The position numbers were made by a program, and so were the translations under genes. DNA of 64,000 nt from Paraphysomonas bandaiensis. Its lineage: Eukaryota > Protista > Chrysophyceae. The DNA lies in the NCBI GenBank assembly GCA_965644295.1, contig CBFFRP010000578.1:1-64000 (forward strand), read 5' to 3'. Shown piece by piece: positions 24,441 to 37,213 of this stretch. The first letter of the stretch is position 1; each line of letters begins with the position of its first letter. The notes under the pieces were generated by a model that did no database searches, was not told where the DNA came from, and was given only the letters and a program-made list of their open reading frames with translations.

Positions 24441-26059
24441 TTACATAAGAAGATCACGAATGATTTGAACGAAAATCGACGCTGACACCAAAAGTGATCG
24501 CTGAAGACAAACATAGTTAAGATGAAAGATTACCGTGCACGCATGTTACCTCATCAATGTCGAAGACAGATTTGTGATGCGGCCTGATGTCTCCAGGCAG
24601 GGCACATCCGACAAAGAAGAAACACCCTATTTCACAGACAGTAACACTCAGTGCAATAGGCCGAAGGCAAAAGTATTAGTGCACCTGGGCGCTTCTGTAA
24701 GAAAAATGAAAAGTCTTCTGCACCCATTGTAATCATTGGTCGCCCAGATCTTCCTTCGCCAACAATCTGAACGTACATTTATAAATGAAAAGGATAAATT
24801 GTATGTATAGAAAACCTTGGTGGAGGCTGTGTTCACGACTTGAACACACTCAGGGTAGGAATTTACAGTGGGAGGATATCCATCTACAATTACATTCCCA
24901 TAAGGAATAGAGCTTCTTGCATATATAAATAATAACACTAACACTGATAGTCCATTGTGATTTCTCCACCGAAAGTCTGTGCCACCCCACAACACACACA
25001 GCCCATACGAGACTTGATAAGCTCTTGAGTTTCCGGAGTGAAAGACCGAGTGGTGCCGGTAATAGTTACATTATCAGCGATAATGTTATGCGCATATCCT
25101 CCGTTGATAGTCCCACATGTCACAACACCAGTTTCCAGAGGGTCCTGCTCAAGATAAAACAATTATATATTCATCAAGAATATTAAGAAATCATATGTAC
25201 CTTGTTTCGTGATATGACAGTCTGCAAAGCTGTAACAACAGAGGCCGCCTCAACAACAGCATCTACAGTTCCTATAGCAAGAAATATTTATTGAGGAGAA
25301 TTCAGCTCTTGTCTGTATGTTTTACCCTGAGGAGCCGCACCATGCCCGCCCTTGCCCTTCACCTGGATACTGAATTTATCAGATGCTGCCATCATAGGCC
25401 CATCCTTGCATCCCACTAGACCAAGCGCTTCGACTGGATGCAGAACATGTATGATAAGATACTGTCATCAAAAATAAAAGCAATAAAACACGATACTTAC
25501 AGCTCCACAAATGCAGTCCATATATGGCATCCACACGAGGACCATGGGGACCTTCTTCAAGGCATCCATCTTTTATCATCTCAGGAGCACCGGCATACCC
25601 CTCCTCCGCAGGCTGGAATATGAGCTTTACCACACCTGCCATACGCTCCTTCTCGTGGTTAATAACCTTGGCAGCACCAAGCAGACCTGCCATATGCCCA
25701 TCATGTCCACAGGCATGCATGAAACCCTCATTTTGTGATTTATAAGGAATATCAGCCGTCTCAGTAATGGGCAAAGCATCCATATCTGCTCGCAGGGCTA
25801 TACAGGGTCCAGGTCGCCCTCCACGAATAAGAGCAACCACACCAGTACGTCCAACTCCTTCCCATATCTCATTAATCCCATATGATCGTAATACTTCCAC
25901 TACTTTTGCTGCAGTACGTATTTCTTGAAAACTCATTTCGGGATTAGCGTGAAACCATCTGCGCAGCTCTATGAGCTCTCCTTCAATAGCATTCACTTCA
26001 TTAAGAATATTCAAGGATGCTGTACATGTACTATTTCCTGGAAGAACTGATGTTGACAT
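24441..26059 (-). CDS. M20D amidohydrolase (Acy1-like/IAA-amino acid hydrolase family), multi-exon
   Basis: RRWFHANPEMSFQE, LRADMDALP, MHACGHDGH, FQPAEEG, GGHGAAP, AEDFSFFL, HHKSVFDIDE. Confidence 0.93.
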
Positions 26060-27320
26060 TTGTTGAATAATAAGCGATATGTATGGTATGATATGGACAC
26101 TGTGCTGCTGTGATATGTGAAGCTGCTTCTATATATATATATATGCATCCACAGATGCGAGAGATGCAATTGTTCTGGTCCAGATAATATCCCCAATATG
26201 GGAGTTTTTGTTGATGTCATACAGTGGAATACTTCTGGATGGACATTCCAAATACTCTGTACATATAGAAAATACACTGTATTTTATTCTGTATTTCACT
26301 TATAGTTTCATGCATATCTTCAGTAGATATCTATGCATACCATACATACATGCACACATAGATGCATGCATGCAGACAGGAGCATATCCATATCTTTATC
26401 TGATGAAATCATCAGAATCAGACAATGAGAGGTAATGGATCTATCATAGGATATTATTCGGTCAGAAGTTAGATGTGCTGATAAGCTCTCTGCTGATATT
26501 AGTTGTTTTGGCTCCAGATGATGTAATAGAGTCCATTCGAATTACTCTCAATGTATTGTAGGATGTTCCCCCAACCATGGATGTCCTAGTATGCAATATA
26601 TGACAACATATTAACCATATCTATGTATATTGATTGTTGCTGTGGACACTATTCTTAGAACCGAAGGGTTTAATAGTAAGTGCAGGAAATTTTCCAAGGA
26701 AGCAATCTTAACTTAGCTTGTAATCCGTTTTAGGCTCTGTACTCTAGCTTCTTTTTACGCAATGATGTCCATATATCTATCTATAGGCGTAGTACTTATA
26801 TTAATTTCAAGAGTTCTATCACTAATCAAGAATGGACATACTCTCACAGTTCCAGTTTTTGTTTTCCCTTGCACTCATTCATTTTTCAAAAATGTACTGT
26901 AAGGCACGTAAACAAGAAGTTGAAATTTGGAAAGAATGAAGTAATATACTTGACTTTGAGAATACCTATCTATAATTCAGTATTTGTAAAATACTCGTTG
27001 AAGCAACTTTAGCTTTGAATTCGTAGTCTATGGCAGCAATTGCAATTACAATCGAATACTTCAAACTAATTCTTATGTAAACTTGGATCAATATGGTTGC
27101 AGTTTGACATTGTTTACAATAAAATTCATAATAATTACGAAATGTATATACAAATAATGCTCACCATAGTATAAATCACAGTTGCCCACACCAGAAAGGA
27201 GCACCAAGCTCCAGTTCGATGTCTTGCTATTTCCAAAGAGTTAAAGTAATTGCTACATGCTTTATTCCAACAAGAGCGTAGCCAGATATGCAGATTTCAC
27301 TACTCGTAAACTATGTACTG

Positions 27321-28502
27321 CTATGTGGGAGCTTCTGATATCAACTGGGTAGGAGGTACTTGGTACTTTTCCAGGTGCGCAAGTTGACTATCAAAGCGAT
27401 TTCTCATGTGCTTATACAACTGCATATCACACGTATTATGAGTTTCTATAACTTCACGTAGCTCAACATTAAGAGTATGCAAGGTCTCTTTGTTTTGAAC
27501 TCCTCTATGTATATGTTTGTCATGAGACATGTTCATCCACGGAAACCAATGTTTCAATACTCGTTTGGTGCTTTCCCACTCCTCCAGGATACCAATGACA
27601 CACTGTTCACTGTTTCTCATCGCAATAGATGCCGTGGCACTATCCACGCGTGGGGGCAGTTCTAATGTCTCACCTGGTGCAAGTACTACGCCAGTAGTAA
27701 CACGCCTGCCCGAAGCAAATCGACAGGCAGCATCTTCAACACCTTCGTCGTGTAGCAGTATTCCTGTGAAAGTTTGAGATGCACGCAGCAGTTATACATA
27801 TCAACATGCACATATACCTGAGTGATCAGTTAAAATTGTCCCACGTCGGTGTGACTCTACGAATTGTTCCAGCTCTATTTGTGAAAGGGAATTAAGCGGT
27901 TTCATGTAGTACGGGCCACCCTTCTCTCTGCACAGCCAGTTAACATTCTGCAAGTGCGTATTACTGCTATAAACTTAACACAGTACCTAAAACAGCGTTG
28001 ATAATAATAAGATATTACTCTTTCAACTGGATGTCTTCCCATTATAAAGCACGGTGGTGGGCGTGTCTGGTTTTCCCCTATCCAGTAGGGCAGCTCTGTC
28101 CACACGCCCCATGCGAAATGACCCGCCACTACAGAGAGGTTGCTAACACGATCATAAAATTCTTCTCCCTCCTGAGGAATACGGTAGACTATATTTGGTA
28201 GACCGTCTTTGGGGGGTATCAAACGTCCTAACTCCAGCTCGACTGCAGACTCGTACACAAGACTACATACATACTATAAGAACTTTCACTGTCCACTAGA
28301 GTGATATATTCAAGACGTACTGTCTGATAGAGCTTCCACCAGTTTTGTCAATATGAATAAACACAAAGGGGTGCTGAGGTGTAGGGAATGTCTGAATCGG
28401 AGGGAGAACATCACTGGAAGCACATTCCTCTGAGGACACTGAATGAACTCCCCGTATCAGCCATACCACTGCATGAATCACATATAAAACACACACTTTC
28501 AT
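27321..28502 (-). CDS. Secretory-pathway sulfotransferase-like protein (multi-exon)
   Basis: Hydrophobic N-terminus; 5'-PSB FIHIDKTGGSSIR; 3'-PB GRHPVERVISYYY; VIGILEEW and NTCDMQLY C-terminal motifs. Confidence 0.82.
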
Positions 28503-28948
28503 TACAGAATATGATTTCTATTCATCCTTCCAAACTATTTATCTCTCCCCTCATTCTTATACATGATACTGCTGCCCTGCTCATATAGTATGCATATGTA
28601 TACTGTGGTGAGATATGGACAGCAGTACACCGGACAGCAGTACCACTTGTACCTTTATACACACTCCTCCTGTACATTTAGATTTCAATATACGAGTACA
28701 GCGCCCGTATTATATATGGTCATATGTGCATATATACATATATATACCACCCACACCTAGTCACCGTATTTTCAGTTGGATCTTTTTGTAGACCTATGCG
28801 CACTGTGTATACCGCGTATAATAACGTTATGTGTGAGTGTTGTGTGTGGGTATATATGGATGGGTTGCAGTGAGTAACAACAACAACTACAAGCTATAAG
28901 ATTAGACATATTGAACTCATAAACTAGAATCTATTGTTGTAAAGTGAA

Positions 28949-29845
28949 ATGTCTTCCTTTAGTAATGTTACACAGCTTCAATGTATGTGTTTAAAGCACT
29001 TGTTCACTAAAATTCGAGATAGAAACACTAATCGGGCTGATTTCGTTACTTACAGCCGACGTTTAATGCGGGTGATCTGCGAAGAAGGGATTGCATGTTT
29101 GGATGCAGCCCCTCTTACCATAACTACCCCTACGGGATCGACATTTGACGGGGCTGTTGTCGACTCAACTAACATTCTGGCGGTGTCAATCATTCGTGCA
29201 GGAGACTCCATGTTGGTACGATAGTGCTATTAGTCGTTACTATTGTGATATAGTAATGTATGTATATTGACCAGGATACATTTTTGGAGGTGTGTCCTGA
29301 GGCAGCTGTTGGAAAGATTCTAATACAACGAAATGAGGAGACTGCCCAACCAATGCTCTACTACAGCAAAGTTCCACCACTAGCTGGAAAAACAGTTGTC
29401 ATACTTGATCCCATGGCCGCAACAGGAGGATCTGCTATTTGTGCCATTCAGGTTCTTATTGACAAAGGGGCCGACCCTAAAAGGATATTTTTCTTTAATG
29501 TTGTGGCATGTCCGGAAGGCTTAACCGCTCTCACCAACGCATATCCAGGTTTCTGCACTTACACACTGTAAATATTGTTTACACATTGTGCGTGTATACA
29601 ATGTAGTTTATATACCGTACTAGATAGTGTAGTACGAATAGATACTTACAAAATGTATTACTGTGAAAACTCATTTGGATCATGTAGACATGAGAATTAT
29701 CACTGGGTGTATTGACGAACGTCTAGATGCTAAGGTATGTCTCGATGCCCCCTATTATGTTAAATTTTCTCATGGATATAATATGCAGAAATATATTGTT
29801 CCTGGACTAGGTGATTATGGCGACCGCTACTTTGGAACCACATAA
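28949..29845 (+). CDS. UPRT: Uracil phosphoribosyltransferase (4 exons)
   Basis: TKIRD, VSIIRAGDSM, GKILIQRNEET, ILDPMAATGGS, YIVPGLGDYGDRYFGT. Confidence 0.96.
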
Positions 29846-30744
29846 TCGAGTTGTTTCGTGTAGCGAATATCATTTGTGTCGTGAATATGGTCACAGTGCT
29901 AAATGGTTTTGTGTAGTGCAAGCAGCTGTACGATGATTTTGTAGTTATTAATATCGCCTGATTGGCTTTCCTACGTAACGTGCAATGGAGTTGTCGAATC
30001 TTAATATTACTCGTGTGACTTAATCATTGCGTAATAATGGCCACTTACATGTAGTACGTAGCACTCTAAATCTGGCGAATTCTTGTACAAATGTACAATT
30101 TACTGTCTCGTGTAGAACGTTTCAACGTATAACTATTTTGCTACTCGTTACGTAGTTACCATTAACGGTTACCAGGCCCTGGTTTGATTGCATGGACACG
30201 AACAACTTGTGGCCGAATAGCAAATTTTGCCCCATTTTGACAGCGTTTGATCATCTGGGCAGTGCGGCTGAGTGTTGCGACCGCGCACCACTACCTATGT
30301 ACACATTGCTTAGTTCAGCGCTTCCCCGCCCGGGTTCTCACTGCATATTCAGCGCTAAATACTAAATAACGTGTGATAATGATATAGCTAGTTGGTTTCA
30401 GTAGGTAGTGCCAATTGATTGACGTTGTGTGTGTCTAGTATCTACAGATATATGTGAGGTACTCCCTCATATCATTATGGGTGAATTTCGCTAAAGGGTT
30501 TATGTACATACCAAATCACATCAGTGCATATATTTCATACGTGAGAACACAATCTGCGCATTAGTGAGTCAATAGTTATAAAAGCAAACATTGGTTTTAG
30601 AATACTACATTTAAACCACAAGGTTTTAACTACTATAGCAAACACCTCACCAAACAGCTGGCAATGGCGCAATGACTAATATGAGTTGATATTCGGGTGT
30701 CAAGTCCGTATCTATAACAGAAAAATACAATTCAGCAACCCGAT

Positions 30745-32451
30745 TTAAAACTGGTCGTCCGAGCCAGAGTCGTCATCATTTCCATCGTCCATGTCGTCAT
30801 CATCATCGTCGTCATCATCTTCGTCATCGTCATCATCGTCCAAAAACTCATCTGAGTCATCATCAGAAGCTCCTCTATTCATTCGATTTCTCGCAGCACC
30901 GCGGCCCGCTCCTGGCCCTAAGTCAGAATTTACACTCAATTCCTCATCATCATCACTTCCTTGATCTTCACCAGAGTCACCAGACATATCATCGTTTGAA
31001 TCGGCTTCACTGCTGTCATCACCGTCTGAGTTTGTCATAGATCCAACAACTCGAGCACCACCCCGGCCATTTGCACCAGCGCTCCCATTGATGCCTCCAC
31101 TTTTTCCGCCCCTATTGCAAAAATAATTTACATATATATCATTACTATTCATCTTACATTGATCCTCCTCCCATCCCCTTCCCATTTATCAACATAGGAC
31201 CATCTTCATCATCATCGATCATTCTGTTTCCACGAAGTACAGCAACTTCTTCTTTCAATAGCCTCTCACGCATTTTCTTTAGGCGGCGCTCCTGTTCTTC
31301 CTTTCGCTCTTCTTCGCCCTTATGATATGATTCCAATTCATGTTCCAAGTAATTTAGATTACGATACTTTTCCATGTAAATATCATAATGCCGTTGAAGT
31401 TCCCTTTCTAACTTCTCTTGCTCATCCATAAATTGTGGACGAACATTTTCAAGACTTCGAAGCCGCTTTTCCGTTCTTTCAAGCTCCTCTTGTTTCTTAC
31501 GTATTTTAGCCTCGATATTCTTCTCATCCAATTCCATCTCTTCGGATTCTTTGCGCATATCTTCGACAGATTGGTGAGTCTGATCTATCAATTCACGAAC
31601 ACTTCTTTCAATAAAAGCATGCTCCTTAGATCCTTCTACAAATTTCCTCAGTTAATTAGTCAGATAAGTAACAAGTGACGCACCCAATGATGAACCCGCT
31701 AAGTCCAAGAAACGCAATGCATGAACACGGTCCAGCCTGATAACAATTATTCTAGTACCCAGTAAGAAATATATATCACCTTTCAGCTGATTCTGTCGAG
31801 AGTAAATCAAACAGCTTAGCCCCTTTCTGGGTGATATCAGATGCCAGAGTTCTGGCCGCTTTGACTTCTTGTACTTTAATTGGCGGTGGAGGGGCATCAT
31901 CAGATACACCCTGTTTTGATTTTTTACTGGAACTAACATGAACAATATGTTAGAATACGTTCATAATGTAAAAATAAAGAATACCGATTTAACACAGTTG
32001 CCAGCTTCAGTAATTCTTGGACTGCACGACCGTCAGATGCATAAAGCTTTTTCGTATTTAATTTTAATCTAGCTTTTGCGATCATTAGTGAAGCAATTTC
32101 TGTTAAAAATTCCACTCTTTCATTTTCAAATTCAACTCTGTCTGATATTGCAGTTTCAGGATCGTATCTTGTGTGCAATGAGAGTTCATTAGAATATATA
32201 TCAACTTGTCGTTGTACTTACAATTTCACCATCCAGTATAATATATCTGCCACCAACTCAAAATTAGGTCGTCTGAAGTTTTCCACCTTACAAAACAATC
32301 ATTAATATACGATAGCATCACATACTATTAATTACCGATATTAAGCGAGGATATCCCAGTGCTCTCATTATCTCCGTGAAATCTAAGACAATGTGAGTTT
32401 AATATACATAACTAAAGAGTTTATCATACTTCTTATTTCACGATATGACAT
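30745..32451 (-). CDS. CLUAP1: Clusterin-associated protein 1 / IFT38 (IFT-B), multi-exon
   Basis: MSYREIR, MRALGYPRLI, ENFRRPNFELVA, KLYASDGRAVQELLK, VRPQFMDEQEKLE, acidic tail. Confidence 0.93.
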
Positions 32452-32941
32452 GATGAATATTAGTATGACCAAGATAAAATATAACAGAGAATGGGAATAT
32501 AACTTATACTTGTCTTTAGTTTGGTCACTTGACTTTATTTTAAACTCTCTATTCAAATAGTCTATAAGTGTAACCACTATATGTAGAAGAAACTTGTAAC
32601 ATATAGAAAATCACGCTACTTTGCCGTTGAGAAGATGTATGTATTGCTGTATATGTTGTATGTTGTATTACTATACGGAGTACAGTATATACAGCAGTAC
32701 ATGTACTGTGCTGTTGTACTCCACGACCACTTCGGTATGTCTATATGCACACCCCCATGAGTACAATATATATACTACCAGAATATGCGTACAGAGTGTA
32801 CAGCAGTACACTATATATACACAGCATCAAGAGCTGAGAGGGCTGTAAGATATATACACACATACACATGACGACGATTGATAGAAGAAGGATTCCATTG
32901 CACAGATTTTCGTGTCAACCAAAAATCAAATAACAGACATC

Positions 32942-33565
32942 ATGTTTACAATATCCAGGGCACGTAAACGAGCAATACATGTTGCTCCTAGTACGTATAG
33001 GAGGTCCTGTGGAAGACTCAGAGAAGATCACAGTGTCATGAGTAAGTATGTGGAAAATATCTTGCAACAGAAAGTGCGTTTGTTGGATACTGTAACAGAT
33101 ATCGATTATTCAAGATCTCATAACGTATTCTTTGGATCCTCAATTGGGGGGCATATTAGACACTCCTTAGATCACTACACTAAACTATTCACTTGTGTTG
33201 AAAATATCAGTACAGACAAGAGTAGTATAGTGCATTATGACTCCAGAAACCGGCAGACTCCTGTAGAGAATAATAGACTAGTAGCTATTGAAGTTATTCA
33301 CGATACAATACAAAGGTTACGGTTCATTTTACAACGCAGTTCACTTGAATCCCAAGTTAAAGTTGAGTTTGTTGGAGATCCCGTAAAAGGCCATGTATTT
33401 ATTGCCGATTCAACTATTGCTCGTGAGCTTGCATTCGTTGCACATCACGGGACACATCACTTATCAACAGTGAAACTTATGATGGAAAGGATGGGATATT
33501 CTGTAAGTGATGACGTCGGAGTTGCACCATCGACTGCCAATTTTAAGTCAAAACACAACGCCTGA
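32942..33565 (+). CDS. DinB/YfiT-like four-helix protein with possible mitochondrial presequence; intronless
   Basis: SSIGGHIRHSLDHY, YDSRNR, RELAFVAHHGTHH, GVAPST; Arg/Ser-rich N-terminus. Confidence 0.82.
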   Translation: MFTISRARKRAIHVAPSTYRRSCGRLREDHSVMSKYVENILQQKVRLLDTVTDIDYSRSHNVFFGSSIGGHIRHSLDHYTKLFTCVENISTDKSSIVHYDSRNRQTPVENNRLVAIEVIHDTIQRLRFILQRSSLESQVKVEFVGDPVKGHVFIADSTIARELAFVAHHGTHHLSTVKLMMERMGYSVSDDVGVAPSTANFKSKHNA

Positions 33566-34158
33566 TAAAAGACTCCTTCGAGTTGATAGGTTTGAAATAT
33601 ATTATGTCACGCTACACTCTGATCGAGAAATGCAGCACTTTGCTTCTTTGACCAGAAATTAATTACACTTTCTTGTAATGTAGTGTAATTTTCGATATAG
33701 TAACTTCTTGCGAACGTTCTAGAAATTGTAATTTATAAGATAGTTTGTGGTAGTCGTCTTTAGCTGAACTGTCAAGCAATATTATTATGTATTATTAACA
33801 TCGTTGGTAGACTGCATCTATAGCAGCTTGTCAGGACGAATGCAGTTATTACCTCGAACTTCGACATAGTGAAAAGCTATTCTTGGCCAAAATATAATTG
33901 ACATTTACATACCAGGCACAATCGGTGTTAAAGCAAACGAACTTGTTACGTCAATACAGATTAGAACATTACGAGCTATCAGCGTAGCCAGATTTCAATG
34001 CTAGAATAGCTAGTACTTATCTATCATAGAGTATACCGAGAAGCAATAACTAAAATACATACTACAGATAAACTTTTATTCTCACAAATTGTAGTCAAAT
34101 AATTCTTTGACGGAAAGCACACGTAGTAGTAGGAACCATATCACAAGATATTGATGCG

Positions 34159-35316
34159 TTAGTTCAGCAGGACCACATATTGACGTTTATTTCGATCTTC
34201 GATTTTAAGACGGTCCGAATTGTTTCGGCAAAACGCAGAAAGTTTGCCAATTCGTCCTCTCATCTCAGGGTGCCAATTATAGAATTGATTCATGTTTGTG
34301 GTTAACGTTTCTCTCTTGGGCTGGGTGAGTAGCCACGAACAAAACGTGTCTATCACCTCAGTATCTCCTTGCTTTTTCACAATCTGCGGCTTTCCCTTTG
34401 AATTTGCCTTGCCAGAAGTCCGAAAACGAGGTGATAAAATATTGCAGCTAGAGCTGCTCATAGTATTTGGACTTTCTGTATCCTGCATGTCCTTAACTGC
34501 TTGGACGAAGACATCTTTTAGTTGTTTGTCGTCCGGAAACTTTGCCATAGCATCCTTTAAGGTCTGAATTCCCTCTGCATTCTTCTTAAGTTTCATTTGA
34601 GCGGAGGCTGCACATAAATAATTATCTATTATATCAAAAGAAGAAGGATAGGCAGTAATAGGTATCGGGGAGAGAAAGAGGTTAGGGAAGGTAGTACGAT
34701 GACAATGTATTTCATCACGTATGTGCTCACCTTTTCTGTAATAGCCTTTTGCCCAGTTTGGAGCCAGAGTAATACAACATTCAGCATCACGCAATGCTGA
34801 AGTAGAATCCCCTTTCATAAGATTGGCATATGATCTGTTCGAAAGCATACGCTCTAGACTCGAAACTTCAACAATGGCATCAATAGCAATAGAATAGTTC
34901 ATGATGGCCATGTCAAATTTTCTTTCTTTAACATTAGTATCTCCATCCTTTTTCATCTATATAACAAGATTGTATATTGTTAGATTGAAAACATATCGTG
35001 CAAACATATATACCATTGAAGCGGAAGCCACACTTTCAGCGAATGTCAAGTCCTCATTACTCTCACACTTCATCTCACTCTCAATGACTGGGCTGCTTTC
35101 CTCAGTTATGTCAACGAGATCTTGCAAGTAATCAGAAACAGTTTGTTTCTCTTTGATTTGACCATATCCGAAATCTCCCTTTATAGTATAGAAAGGTTCG
35201 CCATCCATCAGATGAGCATCAATAACAGTGACGATCTTGTTCATATTGTCTTTGGTATAACGAACTTCCTCCCCTACTTTGAAAGGATAAGAGTATTCTT
35301 CACTTGGTTGTGTCAT
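34159..35316 (-). CDS. TPR-containing protein with small N- and C-terminal domains (3 exons)
   Basis: STI1-like TPRs (LSNRSYANL, ALRDAECCITLAPNWAKGYYRK); introns near 35010-34959 and 34730-34610. Confidence 0.82.
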
Positions 35317-36256
35317 TGTTGCAATTATTATCAATCAAATTATATGAATTGTTGTGAAATTATGAATAGATCTCATAAACATACTCTGACCATGTCCCTC
35401 GTTTGGATACTGTCCACCAAATGGATACTGCTGGATCAGCAAGATATACAGCAGTGCATACAAAAATAGGCAGTTTGTTTTCTCAAACACTAATTTATAG
35501 AGACAGAAATTAAGTTTTTGAATAAAAAACCATTTTTTGTACTTAAAAGTTGGAAGTTATATGACGTTGTGTGCGTTGGAATGTCCACATAAACACCTCA
35601 ATGAGTATCGGCATCCTTCGTATATTTTTGTTCAAAGATGGCTCTAATATTGAGACAACAATTATCTGTATTCTAGCCGTAGTTGTATTGCAGTAATATA
35701 GACGCTATTTGCTTCAATTTATTCCCGAAAAATAAGATGCAGACTGCCGATACAGAATCATATGCATGCTGTGATGTTATTAAATGAATCGGTAGAGAAT
35801 AGCAAGAATATCGTCTCCTGATAACGAATACAGAAACTTAAAAGTGGCATGGGATTTACATCTTTATCAAGTACATATCTATGTCTCGGTGTCACACAGC
35901 CACTGCCACATTGAGAGCTCATGAGCGATTCATTGATAATATTCACGATGATAACAGTGTAATTCGGTCATATAAGGGCAACTTGTTATAATGACTTGCT
36001 CAGTATCAGTTTATATGAGTGCGTGAGGTTTTATCACCTGAGAATTGGCACACTTTTAGCGATGGACACTGTGGTTTTCTGTATTTGAGGATAAGCGTTC
36101 AGTTGTAACAACGTTCAATCCCTACTATGTAGTTATATTATGCAACTGGAGGATCCCGCTTGAGTAAGCAAAAGATATACATGACGCAGATAAGTACATA
36201 TAGAGTGCTCATGTAGTGGAATACACTTAGCGCATTTCATTGAAACTGTACCTGTA

Positions 36257-36772
36257 TATATATTGAAAGTATATTGAAAGTCTTATTATTAGCAATAGGC
36301 GTTAAAAACCTGCACCAATTTAGTAGCTAGATGAATGCCAGACAAACTAGTTAGACCTCTACCTGTAACTAATCAGTACATACTTTTTTATCATACTATT
36401 TAACGCTACGGAAGCTGCTTGTGCGTCGCCGCAAGCACCAAGGTGCGACCACTTCCGCTCTTAAGGTGAACATCCCGGATGCTTGACTTCAGCAGGCAGC
36501 CCAATACCCCGGTTACCCTTCAGGTGGGCCCTGTCCCGGATGCCCTTGAGGTGGGCCCATTCCCGGATGCCTGTTTATTCGTCAGGGCCCAAAGACGTCT
36601 ACACAAGTGACAATTGGTGTACCTTGTACCACACAAGCATTCGGCTATGAGTGGGCAGAAGAATAATATCTGCTGACTATGTTTGCGGCTCACGTTAGTT
36701 TTTTAGAGAGAATCTCTCCGGTACTTATCCCCCAGAACACCACGAAAAGGTGCGAGTCCGACTTTGTTGAGG
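36257..36772 (-). mobile_element. 516-bp retroposon family copy C with a different body
   Basis: 15-bp TSD GAAACTGTACCTGTA at 36242-36256 and 36773-36787; shares the ~200-bp 3' end; TCCCGGATGC repeated three times in the body. Confidence 0.88.
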
Positions 36773-37213
36773 GAAACTGTACCTGTAGTCACCATAACTG
36801 TATAACTATATAGCACTTTATCAAATATAAGTGTTAGATATTCCAACCCTTGTTAAAACGCGTGGGGTTTCCATTTCCACACGTAAATACTACTTATTAG
36901 AAAGTAAGAAATTCGGGCGATTTTCAGGGGGTCGTGTTAGCCCTTGCCCCTTGCTTCTCGTTGCCACGTATGGTTAGTTAAGGATAGTGCAGTGGCCCGT
37001 CTTAACTAGCTAGACAGTGGCTTAGCATTTTCCCCTTTTATGTTTGGATCATGTAAGTATTGTGTATACGTAATTCGGGTAAGATCGGCACTGCAAAACA
37101 GACAACAGTAATACCCCGGGATTCTAACAAAAATGCAAGCATTGTTTAGCTAATTAGCGCAATCACCACACTTGTGTACGTCCTCGGAACAGAACACTAA
37201 TAACACAAAAGCT

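Noticed and set aside
30170-30380. GC-richer intergenic stretch as RNase MRP/P or other ncRNA
   Set aside because: AATGGGGC is present on the minus strand but the matching GAAAGUCCCC half of P4 is not; a cmscan against Rfam would be needed
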